DNA of 64,000 bases from a bacterium (lineage in GTDB: Bacteria > CLD3 > SB21), in the NCBI GenBank assembly GCA_013360215.1, contig JABWCP010000002.1:62001-126000 (forward strand). The letters are read 5' to 3'. The notes below the pieces were generated by a model. The model was not told the origin of the DNA, searched no databases, and saw nothing but the letters and a program-made list of their open reading frames with translations. Positions 30,511-41,192 of the stretch are shown piece after piece. Position 1 is the stretch's first letter; each line of letters opens with the position of its first letter. The position numbers and the translations under genes are program-made.

Positions 30511-33500
30511 ATGACATCCCTCAGAATTTCAATATTCGTATTTTACTTTTTTATTTTGCACGCGCTTTATGCACAGAATGAAGAAGGATTGATTCCCACC
30601 CAATATTATTCGACCAGTCAATTTTTTGCGCATAATCAGAATTGGGCCGTAACACAGGATCAGCAAACAGGATTGATCTACGCGGGAAATAATGTTGGCG
30701 TGTTGGAGTTTGACGGAGCCACGTGGCGCATCATTCACACGGCAAACCGAACGATGGTACGTTCGCTGGCTTATGATCCGGTTGGTCAACGTGTTTTAGT
30801 AGGAGCACAGGGCGAATTCGGTTACCTCAAGCCGGATTCAGTTGGTATTATGCGTTACGTATCATTATCTGCCGCCTTGCCGGAGGAAGCGCGTCGTTTT
30901 GTCAACGTATGGCGCATATGGGTTACAAATAAAGGTATCTTCTTTCAAACCAATACGGAAGTTTTTATACTGCAAAACGAAACATTGCGAATCATAAAAC
31001 CGGATCAGTCTTCATTTCATTTTTCTTTTTTTGCTAACGGAAATATATATGTGACTTTGCGCAATGTGGGTTTGCAAAAATTCAATGGCGATCAATTCGA
31101 AACCGTTCCCGGTGGAGATCGTTTTCATAAAACTCCTATTTATGCTGTATTATCGTATGCGCCTGATACCGTATTGATAGCAACACAAGAAGGATTGTTT
31201 CTTGGGTTAAATAACGGAGTGATTCCGTTTGGCGAATCCAGCAAATCGTTTCTCAAAACTAAGCGTGTATATAACGGACTGTCCTTGCCCGATGGACGTT
31301 TCGCTCTGGCTACCTTGACGGGCGGTGTAGCGATTTTAGATCGTAACGGCACAATCGCACGGGTACTGGACAAAAGCAATGGGCTCGGTGACAACGCAGC
31401 AAAAAGTATATTTCTTGACCGGGATAAAGCTTTGTGGGTTCCGTTGGAAAAAGGAATTTGCCGAATAGAATATTTTTCACCGTTCACTTATTTCGATGAT
31501 CGCGTCGGGCTATTAAGCCAGTTTGAGACTTTCGTACGGTGGAAGGGGAAATTTTATATAGGCACTAAGGACGCATTGTATGTGTTGGATCGCCAACAAA
31601 GTTTACATATCCCATACCAATTCAAAACATTATACGATGTACCCGAGGAGCATTGGTCCTTACTGCCGATGGGTGATATTATGTTGGATGCGACATTTCG
31701 AAATGGTATTTATGAAATTTCATCCCACGGCAGAAAACGTATTTCACCCAATAGTACGGCGTTTTTACTGCGATCACGATTGGATACGCATCGTGTTTAT
31801 GCGGCACTCTGGGATGGTTTGTCGTCGGTATATTTGCGTAATGGGATCTGGGTGGATGAAGGTCGTTATGCGGGTATTTCCGACGAAGTGCGCGTCATAG
31901 CCGAAGACAGCGACGGTTCATTATGGATGGATCAAAAAACCGGCGGTTGCGCACGTATGTCCCGCATCAACGATAGTATATACGTGCAGCGGTTTTCAGT
32001 AAAAGACGGTTTGCCTAACCTGACTATTAATCCTTATTTTTTCTTTGGACGAATGTGGTTTGCTACCGATAATGGCGCACTCTACAGATATGATGAAAAA
32101 GCATCACGATTTTATCCTGATACAACGTTGCATCATCGGTTAGGAATCGCAACATCTAAAATGATCTCTCCGATTGGGGAAACATCCGATGGGACATTGT
32201 GGTTTGCTTTGGGTAATGACGAATCAATGCGTTTTGAACCTGCCTATGCCGTGCCTGACGGCGATACTTACCGTGTTACAATTTTGGCACATGGACGATT
32301 AAAGATCAAACTTTCGCCGGGTAATTTTTTCATTGAAGAAAACGCCGTCTGGTTTTATGGACATGACAATTTTTATCGCGTAGATCGTTTACGCGCCAAT
32401 GGGCTTTCACATGATTTCAAAGTAAATATCCGTAAATTTACTCTCAACGATTCGTTATTATACGGCGGTGCTCTTCATAGCGCTTTACCGACGATCGTCG
32501 TACCGTTCGGAACATCTGTCATTCGGGTTGATTACGCAGCCACGGCGTTTGAAAATCAAAATGATATACATTTCAAATTTAAACTTGATGGGTTTGACGA
32601 AGAATGGTCTGCACGTACTACAGAAGCTTTCAAAGAATATACACATCTACCTGAAGGCAAATACACATTTCGCGTCAAAGGTTACAATGTCTACGAATTT
32701 GAATCGTCGGAAGCATTCATAGATTTTATCGTTTTACCGCCATGGTATAGGACATGGTGGAGTTTTGTTCTGTATTTTTTTGTCGGAGCAGGGGTAGTGT
32801 ACGCCGGTTTCCGTTGGCGAGTACGTTTGTTGCGCTTGCGAAATAAAGAGTTATCCGCCAGAGTAGAAGAAAGAACACGCGAACTGGCTTCAGCCAATCA
32901 CGAGATTGAGACGCAACGCGACTTTCTTAAAAATATGAATCAGCAACTTGAAAGCGCACTCAAAGATCTTCGCGAAACGCAAACACAACTCATCCAAACT
33001 GAAAAAATGGCTACTGTCGGACAAATGGTTGCCGGCGTAATGCACGAAATTAATAATCCACTTACTTTTATTTTGCCCAATATCGAATACATCGAAAAAA
33101 GCTGGAAAAAATTAGTAATATATACCGAACGTTCCAAACCGCATGTAGCAGGAGCGCAAGATCCGGAACTATTAGCCATTATCCAAGACATCGAACGCGG
33201 CCTTCTTATTGATGAAACCTTCGGAGCACTAGATTCCATGCGGCGCGGTAGTCAGCGTATCAAACAGGTGGTCGTCAATTTGCGTGCTTTCGCTGCTATG
33301 GACTACTTGCCCAAATCCGAAACCGTAGTGGACGTCCATATTGAGCAGACCGTTGATTTGTTCTTTGGGACTGTAAAGGATATATCATTTGTTAAAAAAC
33401 TTGCTTATCCGACGCCGATTAGGGTGCGCATTCAGGAGTTCAATCAATCCGTCGTTGCGATACTAAACAATGCTGTGCAAGCTATACGTGATGCGGAAAT

Positions 33501-33786
33501 GCAGGGTACGCTCGAACGGGGAAAAGGTGTTATCGAAATTCGTACCCAATCACATAAAGGCGATGCTAACACACTTGAGTTTAGTATCTCCGATAATGGT
33601 ATTGGCATTCCGGAAGATATTCTTCCGAGAATTTTTGAACCTTTTTTTACAACGCGGTCCGTCGGTCAGGGCAGGGGACTCGGACTTTCGGAAGTATATG
33701 CCGTCGTCCATAAGCATAACGGCCTTATTACCACACAGAGTAAAGTCGGGCATGGGACAACCCTTACCATCACGTTACCGGCTTGA
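30511..33786 (+). CDS. Sensor histidine kinase with beta-propeller and Y_Y_Y domains (paralog of 16693)
   Basis: HEINNPLTFI, DNGIGIP, FEPFFTT; YTHLPEGKYTFRVKG. Confidence 0.9.
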   Translation: MTSLRISIFVFYFFILHALYAQNEEGLIPTQYYSTSQFFAHNQNWAVTQDQQTGLIYAGNNVGVLEFDGATWRIIHTANRTMVRSLAYDPVGQRVLVGAQGEFGYLKPDSVGIMRYVSLSAALPEEARRFVNVWRIWVTNKGIFFQTNTEVFILQNETLRIIKPDQSSFHFSFFANGNIYVTLRNVGLQKFNGDQFETVPGGDRFHKTPIYAVLSYAPDTVLIATQEGLFLGLNNGVIPFGESSKSFLKTKRVYNGLSLPDGRFALATLTGGVAILDRNGTIARVLDKSNGLGDNAAKSIFLDRDKALWVPLEKGICRIEYFSPFTYFDDRVGLLSQFETFVRWKGKFYIGTKDALYVLDRQQSLHIPYQFKTLYDVPEEHWSLLPMGDIMLDATFRNGIYEISSHGRKRISPNSTAFLLRSRLDTHRVYAALWDGLSSVYLRNGIWVDEGRYAGISDEVRVIAEDSDGSLWMDQKTGGCARMSRINDSIYVQRFSVKDGLPNLTINPYFFFGRMWFATDNGALYRYDEKASRFYPDTTLHHRLGIATSKMISPIGETSDGTLWFALGNDESMRFEPAYAVPDGDTYRVTILAHGRLKIKLSPGNFFIEENAVWFYGHDNFYRVDRLRANGLSHDFKVNIRKFTLNDSLLYGGALHSALPTIVVPFGTSVIRVDYAATAFENQNDIHFKFKLDGFDEEWSARTTEAFKEYTHLPEGKYTFRVKGYNVYEFESSEAFIDFIVLPPWYRTWWSFVLYFFVGAGVVYAGFRWRVRLLRLRNKELSARVEERTRELASANHEIETQRDFLKNMNQQLESALKDLRETQTQLIQTEKMATVGQMVAGVMHEINNPLTFILPNIEYIEKSWKKLVIYTERSKPHVAGAQDPELLAIIQDIERGLLIDETFGALDSMRRGSQRIKQVVVNLRAFAAMDYLPKSETVVDVHIEQTVDLFFGTVKDISFVKKLAYPTPIRVRIQEFNQSVVAILNNAVQAIRDAEMQGTLERGKGVIEIRTQSHKGDANTLEFSISDNGIGIPEDILPRIFEPFFTTRSVGQGRGLGLSEVYAVVHKHNGLITTQSKVGHGTTLTITLPA

Positions 33787-33790
33787 TGTC

Positions 33791-33825
33791 AAAAAAAACT
33801 GCGTCGGAAAATATTCCAACGCAGT
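33791..33825 (-). terminator. Terminator between convergent genes
   Basis: ACTGCGT.GGAA / TTCC.ACGCAGT stem preceded by A8 (T8 on minus strand). Confidence 0.7.
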
Positions 33826-33869
33826 CTTAATCTTAAAAATAAAAGCTGTATTTATTAATTCTTACAGCA

Positions 33870-34940
33870 CTATTTACTGTCTTGTAATCTCTTAAGTGTA
33901 TCACCGATACGTTTTTTATTCGCATCGTCTTTGACCAATTTTTGTGCTTTAGTAAAACTTTCAATAGCTCCCTTTTTGTCACCGATAGCCTCAAGCCCGT
34001 CACCAAGACTGTCGTAAACATTCCATGAATCTGGAAATTTTTTAGCGTTAGCACGAAAAACTTCAACCGCTTCGGCGGTTTTGCCTTGACCTAGCAATTG
34101 ATACCCGAATGTATTGAGGTCTGCTTCGGTGGCGTTATCTATAGCTCTTTTTTTGATGGCATCAGCCTCTGTTTTTTTGCCTTGTTTGTCCAAAATAATT
34201 GATTTCAGAAAAAAAGCACTTGTGCCGCCGCCGCTATTAATGGCGCGATCAGTCCATGACAAGGCTTCATCGAGTGAATTATTGCGCAGCGCAAACTGTG
34301 CGGCCTGTGATAACGAACCATGATCCCACGCTTCACGATTTTTGAGGCGTTGGCGAATATAATTGAGTACGATCTGAGGCGTATCAAAGCTGATTGTAAA
34401 CGGAACTTTGACTTTTTCCCAGCGCAGATAGGCGATAGTTTTATTGCGATCGGTATTATCGAAACCGTAACTGAGACGATCTTGAGAATCCGCCATCATC
34501 TGTGGTTTGACGGTAACACGCAGAGCGTCTTCAGATTCTTCATAAAAAAAACTACCCCATGAAGTATAGTTATTATTAAAAATGATTACCCATTGATCCG
34601 TTTCAGGAATCATGTGTATGCTATACGTGCCGGCTTTGAGTATCTGCCCTTCTATTTTAGCATCATGTGTCAAAGTAATCGTCGTATTTTCGTTAGCACC
34701 GGCACGCCAGGGCATAGGTTTTCCATGTCCGAATGGATTGCTTTTTTCCATCCCATAGGGTACTAAATTACCCCAAATCTCACGACCATTGACCGCAGGA
34801 CTACTGTAGGAAATCGTAACTTTGGAAATGCCAACCTCTTGCATGACCATTGCTTCAGGACTGGCATCCGGCAAACGCAAATCCTGCGCTGTAGCCATCA
34901 TGCCGCAAGCCAAGATTACAAAACATAACAACTTTTTCAT
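33870..34940 (-). CDS. DUF2911 domain protein with C-terminal TPR
   Basis: ISYSSPAVNGREIWGNLVPYG, WRAGANENT; NVYDSLGD TPR; signal peptide. Confidence 0.85.
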   Translation of the reverse strand: MKKLLCFVILACGMMATAQDLRLPDASPEAMVMQEVGISKVTISYSSPAVNGREIWGNLVPYGMEKSNPFGHGKPMPWRAGANENTTITLTHDAKIEGQILKAGTYSIHMIPETDQWVIIFNNNYTSWGSFFYEESEDALRVTVKPQMMADSQDRLSYGFDNTDRNKTIAYLRWEKVKVPFTISFDTPQIVLNYIRQRLKNREAWDHGSLSQAAQFALRNNSLDEALSWTDRAINSGGGTSAFFLKSIILDKQGKKTEADAIKKRAIDNATEADLNTFGYQLLGQGKTAEAVEVFRANAKKFPDSWNVYDSLGDGLEAIGDKKGAIESFTKAQKLVKDDANKKRIGDTLKRLQDSK

Positions 34941-35123
34941 GGTTTCTCCTAAAAGGATTAATTAAAAGATATGGGACAACGAAAAGTATATGAATAACGT
35001 ATAGATGATGATTTTGTTCCGCGATATTTTCATATTTGATACTTTATAAAAAAAATGTTTATCATAGTTTTTTAATACCTCATATTGTATGTGTAACTAA
35101 AATATCCATTATCTTTAGTTTTT

Positions 35124-36197
35124 ATGATTCTTATTGCCGGTGTCAGCATAGCCGCATTTATAGCCGCTTTATTGATTTCTAAAAAACAAAAAGCACAAGG
35201 CGACGTTATTCTTACGGCATGGATGATGATTATCGCAGTACAAATGCTGTTTTACCATGCGTACATAACCGACATTATTTTCAGATATCCTGCCTTTCTT
35301 GCCTGGGAAAGACCGCTTCCGTTGTTACATGGTGTATTATTGTATTGGTACGTTGCCACGATGACCGATCAAATGCCATCCTCTAAGTTTCTTTTGTATC
35401 TTCATTTTATTCCAACTTTGATTTTTTATCTGGTACTTATTCCATTTTTTTTGCGACCGGTTGAAGAAAAAATTTGGGTTTATCGTAACGAAGGCGCCGG
35501 ATATGAAACATTGGATACACTTCGGATGGGAATGATAATCTTATCGGGTACCATTTACATCATCTGGTCAGCTATTCTTTTGTCCAGGCACAAACGGCGC
35601 ATTTTAAACCGTTTTTCATATGAAGAAAAGATCAATCTTCAATGGTTGCGCATTCTTACATGGGGCTTAGGCGCAGTTTGGTTGCTCATTTTTGTATCCG
35701 ATGAAGTGTTATCCGTTGGTGTTACAATTTTTGTATTTATGATCGGCTTTTTTGGTATTCGGCAATCACGCATTTTTAAAACAACTGAAATTAATTTAGA
35801 AGAACCCGAAAAAGAAAAATATGCCAAATCCGGCTTGACCAAAGAAACAGCTGAGACCCTATACGCAGGCCTGATGAGATTGATGAATGAAGATGCAGTG
35901 TATCAGAAAAATGATCTCTCCATTTATGATCTCGCTACGCGACTTGACGTTCATCCTAATTACCTTTCTCAAGTTATCAACGAACTTGAAAAGAAAAATT
36001 TTTACGATTTCGTTAACCAATATCGGTTAAATCATTTTATCAAACTGATATCCGACACACGAAACCGTCATTTAACGTTTCTTGCTCTAGCCTATGAAAG
36101 TGGGTTCAATTCTAAATCTTCATTCAATCGATATTTCAAAAAGGCGACCGGCAAAACGCCGTCAGAGTATTTTTCGAGCGAAGGACTAGTGAATTAA
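35124..36197 (+). CDS. Membrane-anchored AraC family regulator
   Basis: N-terminal TM helices; YLSQVIN, FYDFVNQYR, GFNSKSSFNRYFKK..GKTPSEY. Confidence 0.9.
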   Translation: MILIAGVSIAAFIAALLISKKQKAQGDVILTAWMMIIAVQMLFYHAYITDIIFRYPAFLAWERPLPLLHGVLLYWYVATMTDQMPSSKFLLYLHFIPTLIFYLVLIPFFLRPVEEKIWVYRNEGAGYETLDTLRMGMIILSGTIYIIWSAILLSRHKRRILNRFSYEEKINLQWLRILTWGLGAVWLLIFVSDEVLSVGVTIFVFMIGFFGIRQSRIFKTTEINLEEPEKEKYAKSGLTKETAETLYAGLMRLMNEDAVYQKNDLSIYDLATRLDVHPNYLSQVINELEKKNFYDFVNQYRLNHFIKLISDTRNRHLTFLALAYESGFNSKSSFNRYFKKATGKTPSEYFSSEGLVN

Positions 36198-36242
36198 CTC
36201 TGAATCAGAAAACGAATTTAACAAATATTCACCAATCATCGC

Positions 36243-36833
36243 ATGACCTCTTTTCTTCTTTACATCATATTCGCTTATCTCATCGGGGGTCTGTGTGGGG
36301 CGTATTATCTGCTACGCTGGAAAATAGGCGAAAACCTCCGCGATCACGGGAGTGGAAACCTGGGTGCGACGAACGCTGGAAGAGTACTTGGAAAAGCAGG
36401 CTTTATTATTACGTTTTTATGGGATGCTGGTAAAGGCTCAGCGATCATTTATGTGGCTCGAATTTTGGATTATGATCAACCTCTTATCTGGATTTGCGCC
36501 ATCGCCGTAGTGGCCGGCCATATCTGGCCGATCCAATTGCAATTTAAAGGAGGCAAAGGCGCTGCTACACTGATTGGAATATTAGTAGTATTGGACGCAT
36601 ATTTGCTGTGGCCATTACTTATTATTTTTCTGACGTCTTTTGTGATTCTACGAAAATTCGGTATAGCCGGTGCTCTGGCTTTCTTTACTTTACCATTCGT
36701 CGTATGGCTGCGAGGCTATGAACCACTCTCTGTAATACTCAGTATCATTCTGACGATCATTGTCATTTTCGCATACCGCGATCATATCGTTACGTTTGTA
36801 AGTGTATTTAAAAAAAGAAGCCGGAATAAATAA
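36243..36833 (+). CDS. plsY: Glycerol-3-phosphate acyltransferase PlsY
   Basis: GSGNLGATN, DAGKG, GHIWP, FKGGKGAAT. Confidence 0.9.
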   Translation: MTSFLLYIIFAYLIGGLCGAYYLLRWKIGENLRDHGSGNLGATNAGRVLGKAGFIITFLWDAGKGSAIIYVARILDYDQPLIWICAIAVVAGHIWPIQLQFKGGKGAATLIGILVVLDAYLLWPLLIIFLTSFVILRKFGIAGALAFFTLPFVVWLRGYEPLSVILSIILTIIVIFAYRDHIVTFVSVFKKRSRNK

Positions 36834-36883
36834 GCCGCTATCTATATTATAAAGTAAATTGCAAAAATTTTAGGAGAAACTAT

Positions 36884-37789
36884 ATGTCCATACGTCCAGT
36901 CAAACGCATTATTCAGTCCACACCTACGATGGAAGGTGCCGGCGTAAGGCTACGACGCGCTTTTGGTTTTGGTAATACGGAGGATTATGATCCTTTTTTG
37001 ATGTTAGACGATTTTAGAAATGATAATCCAAATGATTATATGGCCGGTTTCCCATGGCATCCGCATCGTGGTATAGAAACCATTACTTATGTATTAGCCG
37101 GTAATGTAGAGCACAAAGACAGTTTAGGCAATGCGGGTTCGCTTGGCGCAGGTGATGTACAGTGGATGACAGCCGGCAGCGGCATTTTACATCAGGAAAT
37201 GCCCCAAGGCGATGCGCAAGGGCGAATGCACGGTTTTCAGTTGTGGGCCAATCTTCCTTCTTCGCTCAAAATGACAGGCCCGCGTTATCAAGATGTCAAA
37301 AGTAAAGACATCCCGGAGATTTCAGAAGATGACGGCACAAAAATACGTGTTGTATGCGGCGACTACGGAGGACAGAAAGGGCCAGTGGACGGTATTGCCG
37401 CAGATCCTCGGTATCTTGATGTGTTTGTTCCGCCGGGAAAACGTAAAACTTTAAAAGTAGAAACTTACCGGCAAGCATTTGCATATATATTTGAAGGCTC
37501 CGGTTCGTTTCGCGATGCTTCACAGCCGCATGGTGTTTTGACTGAGGCGCCGGATGACCATGATAATGTGTTACGCTCGAAGGCCGGAAATCGTTCATTG
37601 GTGCTTTTTGACTCCGGTGACGAAGTCACCGTACAAGCGGGCGATGAAGGGATTCGATTTTTATTAGTTTCCGGGCGACCGATCAAAGAACCCGTCGCAT
37701 GGTATGGCCCGATCGTGATGAATACCAATGCTGAGCTTCAACAAGCCGTTTCCGAATTACGAAACGGAACTTTTATCAAACATGGATAA
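36884..37789 (+). CDS. Pirin family protein
   Basis: DPFLMLD, HPHRGIET, WMTAGSGILHQE, GPIVMN. Confidence 0.92.
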   Translation: MSIRPVKRIIQSTPTMEGAGVRLRRAFGFGNTEDYDPFLMLDDFRNDNPNDYMAGFPWHPHRGIETITYVLAGNVEHKDSLGNAGSLGAGDVQWMTAGSGILHQEMPQGDAQGRMHGFQLWANLPSSLKMTGPRYQDVKSKDIPEISEDDGTKIRVVCGDYGGQKGPVDGIAADPRYLDVFVPPGKRKTLKVETYRQAFAYIFEGSGSFRDASQPHGVLTEAPDDHDNVLRSKAGNRSLVLFDSGDEVTVQAGDEGIRFLLVSGRPIKEPVAWYGPIVMNTNAELQQAVSELRNGTFIKHG

Positions 37790-37806
37790 TTTATTTTAAA
37801 ACATTC

Positions 37807-38403
37807 ATGGCTAAGCCGCTGTCAAAACCTCTTTTTTTTCCTACCTCGGAAGATCTGCGACGTTGGTTCGAAAAATATCATGACACCGCCGACGAATTAG
37901 TTGTAGGTTATTACAAAAAAGCTACAGGGAAGCCTAGCATTACTTGGCAGGATTCAGTAGATCAGGCTTTGTGTTTTGGATGGATTGACAGCATACGGCA
38001 TAAGATTAACGCCGAAGCGTTTCAGAATCGATTTACACCGCGTAAGCCGGGTAGCATCTGGAGCGAGGTGAATACAAAGAGATTTAGAGAACTCAACAAA
38101 GAAGGAATGATACATCCCTCTGGTTTGGAGGCGTTCAAAAAACGCGATATAAAAAAATCTAAACTATATTCCTACGAAAGAGCAAATGCAGATTTACCGG
38201 ATGCCCTCATTTCGATCTTTCAGAGCAATGTCGTAGCGTGGGATTTCTTTGAATTGCAATCACCATCGTATCGCAAAGCGGCAATTTGGTGGGTGGTAAG
38301 CGCCAAACAGGATGCCACACAAAAAAAGCGTCTTAATATCCTCGTCAAGGATTCAGAAAATAAGCGCCCCATTGCACTTTTACGCCGCCCTTCAAAAAAG
38401 TAG
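37807..38403 (+). CDS. YdeI/OmpD-associated family protein
   Basis: ALCFGWIDS, FTPRKPGSIWS, SAKQDAT. Confidence 0.85.
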   Translation: MAKPLSKPLFFPTSEDLRRWFEKYHDTADELVVGYYKKATGKPSITWQDSVDQALCFGWIDSIRHKINAEAFQNRFTPRKPGSIWSEVNTKRFRELNKEGMIHPSGLEAFKKRDIKKSKLYSYERANADLPDALISIFQSNVVAWDFFELQSPSYRKAAIWWVVSAKQDATQKKRLNILVKDSENKRPIALLRRPSKK

Positions 38404-38468
38404 TTGCCACGCGCTCAAAGCGGTTGTATTTTGCACCAACATATCACATTATTTCCTAATTCATCAAT

Positions 38469-39032
38469 ATGGCGCGCACACCTTCGAACATGGCCTCGCT
38501 CGGGACATTCGCTCCTGATTTTGACCTTCCTGATGTTATCTCCAAAAAAAACATTAAACTGGCGGGTTTCAATGAAAAACCAGCTTTGCTCGTTATGTTT
38601 ATCAGCAGGCATTGCCCTTTTGTAGTGCATGTCGAAAATGAATTAGCGCGTATCGGAAAAGATTACCCGCAGATCGGCATTGTAGCCATTTGTTCCAATG
38701 ATATCGAAAATTATCCTGAAGACGCACCGGATCAATTACGCGAACAAGCTAACCGGTTACAATTTACTTTTCCGTATTTGTACGATGCCTCGCAAGAGAC
38801 CGCTAAGAATTATAAAGCAGCTTGTACTCCGGATTTCTTTTTATATGACCAGTCGCGCCGTTTGGTTTACAGGGGACAGTTGGACGATAGTCGCCCTAAT
38901 AGCGGCATTCCGGTTACAGGAAGCGATCTACGCAATGCGATAGAGGCCGTGCTTTCCGGTCATCGGCCTTCATTAGAGCAGCGGCCGAGCCTCGGCTGCA
39001 ATATCAAATGGAAATCCGGTAATGAACCTTAA
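38469..39032 (+). CDS. Thioredoxin-fold AhpC/TSA (PRX-like1) protein
   Basis: APDFDLPD, SRHCPFV, AACTPDFF, GCNIKW. Confidence 0.88.
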   Translation: MARTPSNMASLGTFAPDFDLPDVISKKNIKLAGFNEKPALLVMFISRHCPFVVHVENELARIGKDYPQIGIVAICSNDIENYPEDAPDQLREQANRLQFTFPYLYDASQETAKNYKAACTPDFFLYDQSRRLVYRGQLDDSRPNSGIPVTGSDLRNAIEAVLSGHRPSLEQRPSLGCNIKWKSGNEP

Positions 39033-39098
39033 TGTAGTATGCGTATCCACGTATTGGCATTATATATTGAGAGCAACAATAAAACAAAAGGCGCGATC

Positions 39099-39344
39099 AT
39101 GTTTGATTGGTTTAAGAAGAAGAATAAACTCAACCCAAACCCCAATCAAAATACAAATTTTGACTCCGGTACAATGTACGATCAATTTTCGCCAACATAT
39201 GTTGCTGCCGGTTTAGCTTCTGGAGCTATTGAGAATGAAACTGTAGAAGATCGAAATACTGAAGATTCTTCGAATTCAGATAATACATCGGAAAGCAGTT
39301 CAGATTCATCCGATAGCGGTAGTGACTCCGGCGGATCCGACTAA
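39099..39344 (+). CDS. Small hypothetical protein with Ser/Asp/Gly-rich tail
   Basis: Likely start MFDWFKKK (ATG 39099 after AAAGG); tail DSSNSDNTSESSSDSSDSGSDSGGSD. Confidence 0.55.
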   Translation: MFDWFKKKNKLNPNPNQNTNFDSGTMYDQFSPTYVAAGLASGAIENETVEDRNTEDSSNSDNTSESSSDSSDSGSDSGGSD

Positions 39345-39433
39345 TTTTTAAGAGTAAATGAAACAAATTGACTTCTGAAGCAGTATCATATCTTCTATTC
39401 AACTTTATTCAACCCTAAAGAAGGATTACAACT

Positions 39434-39982
39434 ATGGCTGTTCGTTCTAAAAAAGCTGTTTCCAAAAAAAACGTGGCCCGTAAATCCGCAAAGAAAAAAC
39501 AAGTCAAAAAGAAGGTTCATTTTATTCCCAAAGGTTTTCATACATTGACACCTTATCTCAGTGTACACGACGGTAAAGCGGCGGTTGAGTTTTATGAAAA
39601 AGCGTTTGGCGCCAAAGAAAGAAAAGGCCGCATGTCCGATGAAAAAGGTAAAATCATGCATACGGAGATTAAAATCGGCGTATCACACTTTATGCTTTCT
39701 GATGAATTCCCGGAATACGGCAATGTAAGCCCTAAAACCGTAGGGAAGTCGCCTGTACAACTCATGATTTACGTACCCAATGTTGACATCTTATTCGAAA
39801 AAGCTATTGCCGCAGGAGCCACCGTGGTTATGGCCGTGGAAGATCAGTTTTACGGTGACCGCTCGGGACGCCTTTTAGATCCGTTCGGTTATCAATGGCA
39901 TATTGCGACCCATCTGGAAAACGTTTCTCCCAAAGAAATGGCTCGCCGCGCCGCAAAGCTATATGGCGCACAGGCTTCATAA
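39434..39982 (+). CDS. VOC/glyoxalase (PhnB-like) protein with Lys-rich N-terminal extension
   Basis: LTPYL, AVEFYEKAFGA, DQFYGDRSGRLLDPFG. Confidence 0.88.
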   Translation: MAVRSKKAVSKKNVARKSAKKKQVKKKVHFIPKGFHTLTPYLSVHDGKAAVEFYEKAFGAKERKGRMSDEKGKIMHTEIKIGVSHFMLSDEFPEYGNVSPKTVGKSPVQLMIYVPNVDILFEKAIAAGATVVMAVEDQFYGDRSGRLLDPFGYQWHIATHLENVSPKEMARRAAKLYGAQAS

Positions 39983-39997
39983 AACGTTTTTTAAAAC

Positions 39998-40567
39998 ATG
40001 GTACATTATAAGTCATGTACAACGGATGGTGAATTGCTTCAAATTCTAGACTTGCAAAAGCGCAATCATCCGGATTTGTTAACGGATGAGGAACGCCAAA
40101 GCCAGGGATTTGTTACGGTAAAACATGATTTTGAGACGCTTGAAGTTATGAATACGCCGTTTGCCCATAGTTTGGCCATCTCCGATGATCGTGTTGTGGG
40201 TTATGCTTTGACGATGGAGCGTTCGATGAAAGCACGAATACCCATCCTTCAACCAATGTTCGTTACGTTGGATACCTTATCCATCCAAAACAGAAAAATG
40301 TCCGATGGAGGATATATCGTCATGGGGCAGATCTGCGTCGAAAGAGCTTTTCGCGGAAAAGGTGTTTTTCGTGGGCTCTATTCGCATATGCGTTCACGCC
40401 TTGGACCTCATTTTCGATATCTCATCACAGAAATATCAGAGCGTAATACACGCTCGCTTAATGCCCACTCCGCTGTCGGCTTTCAAAAACTAATCACGTA
40501 TGATGCGCCCGATGGTGAAAGGTGGGTGATAGTCGGATGGAATTGGAATCAATCAAATACAAAGTAA
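39998..40567 (+). CDS. GNAT family acetyltransferase
   Basis: QICVERAFRGKG, NTRSLNAH..VGF. Confidence 0.85.
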   Translation: MVHYKSCTTDGELLQILDLQKRNHPDLLTDEERQSQGFVTVKHDFETLEVMNTPFAHSLAISDDRVVGYALTMERSMKARIPILQPMFVTLDTLSIQNRKMSDGGYIVMGQICVERAFRGKGVFRGLYSHMRSRLGPHFRYLITEISERNTRSLNAHSAVGFQKLITYDAPDGERWVIVGWNWNQSNTK

Positions 40568-40579
40568 GGATACAAGTCC

Positions 40580-40996
40580 ATGGCCGAAAACAAAACCAAA
40601 GCTACTAAGCTGAGTGTCCAGGATTTCTTAAAGACGATTAAAGATGAGCAAACCATTGAGGATTGTAATGCACTGATCAAACTAATGAAAAAAATAACAG
40701 GCAAACCAGCTGTTATGTGGGGCCCATCGATTATCGGTTTTGACAGCTATCATTACAAATATGAAAGCGGACGTGAAGGCGATATGTGCATTACCGGTTT
40801 TTCACCGCGCAAAGGTAAAATATCTATTTACATTACATCTGGTTTTGAGCGTTATACTGCTCATCTAAAAAAGATCGGCAAATGTAAAACGAGCAAAGCA
40901 TGTCTGTATGTGAAGTCGCTTTCAGATATTGATACCCAAGTTCTTGAAGAAATGATAAAGGATTCGATCATTTTCATGAAAAAGAAGTGGGAATAA
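40580..40996 (+). CDS. DUF1801 (YdhG-like) protein
   Basis: MWGPSIIGF..YHYKYESGREG, GFSPRK, CLYVK. Confidence 0.85.
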   Translation: MAENKTKATKLSVQDFLKTIKDEQTIEDCNALIKLMKKITGKPAVMWGPSIIGFDSYHYKYESGREGDMCITGFSPRKGKISIYITSGFERYTAHLKKIGKCKTSKACLYVKSLSDIDTQVLEEMIKDSIIFMKKKWE

Positions 40997-41192
40997 GAGT
41001 TTAAGCTAACTCGAGAGTCAAAAAAACAAATCATCCCAAGTTGTTATTTATTATAAAATTGGCCATGTCACCCTATAAGACGATACCTGTTTCATGTCTC
41101 ATTTGACACGCTGAAGCGATCTTATCAACCCTTTTTATTAAATTTTAACTGTTTGTCAGTAAAAAGTTATCATTTAAAAAGAAGGGTAGTGT

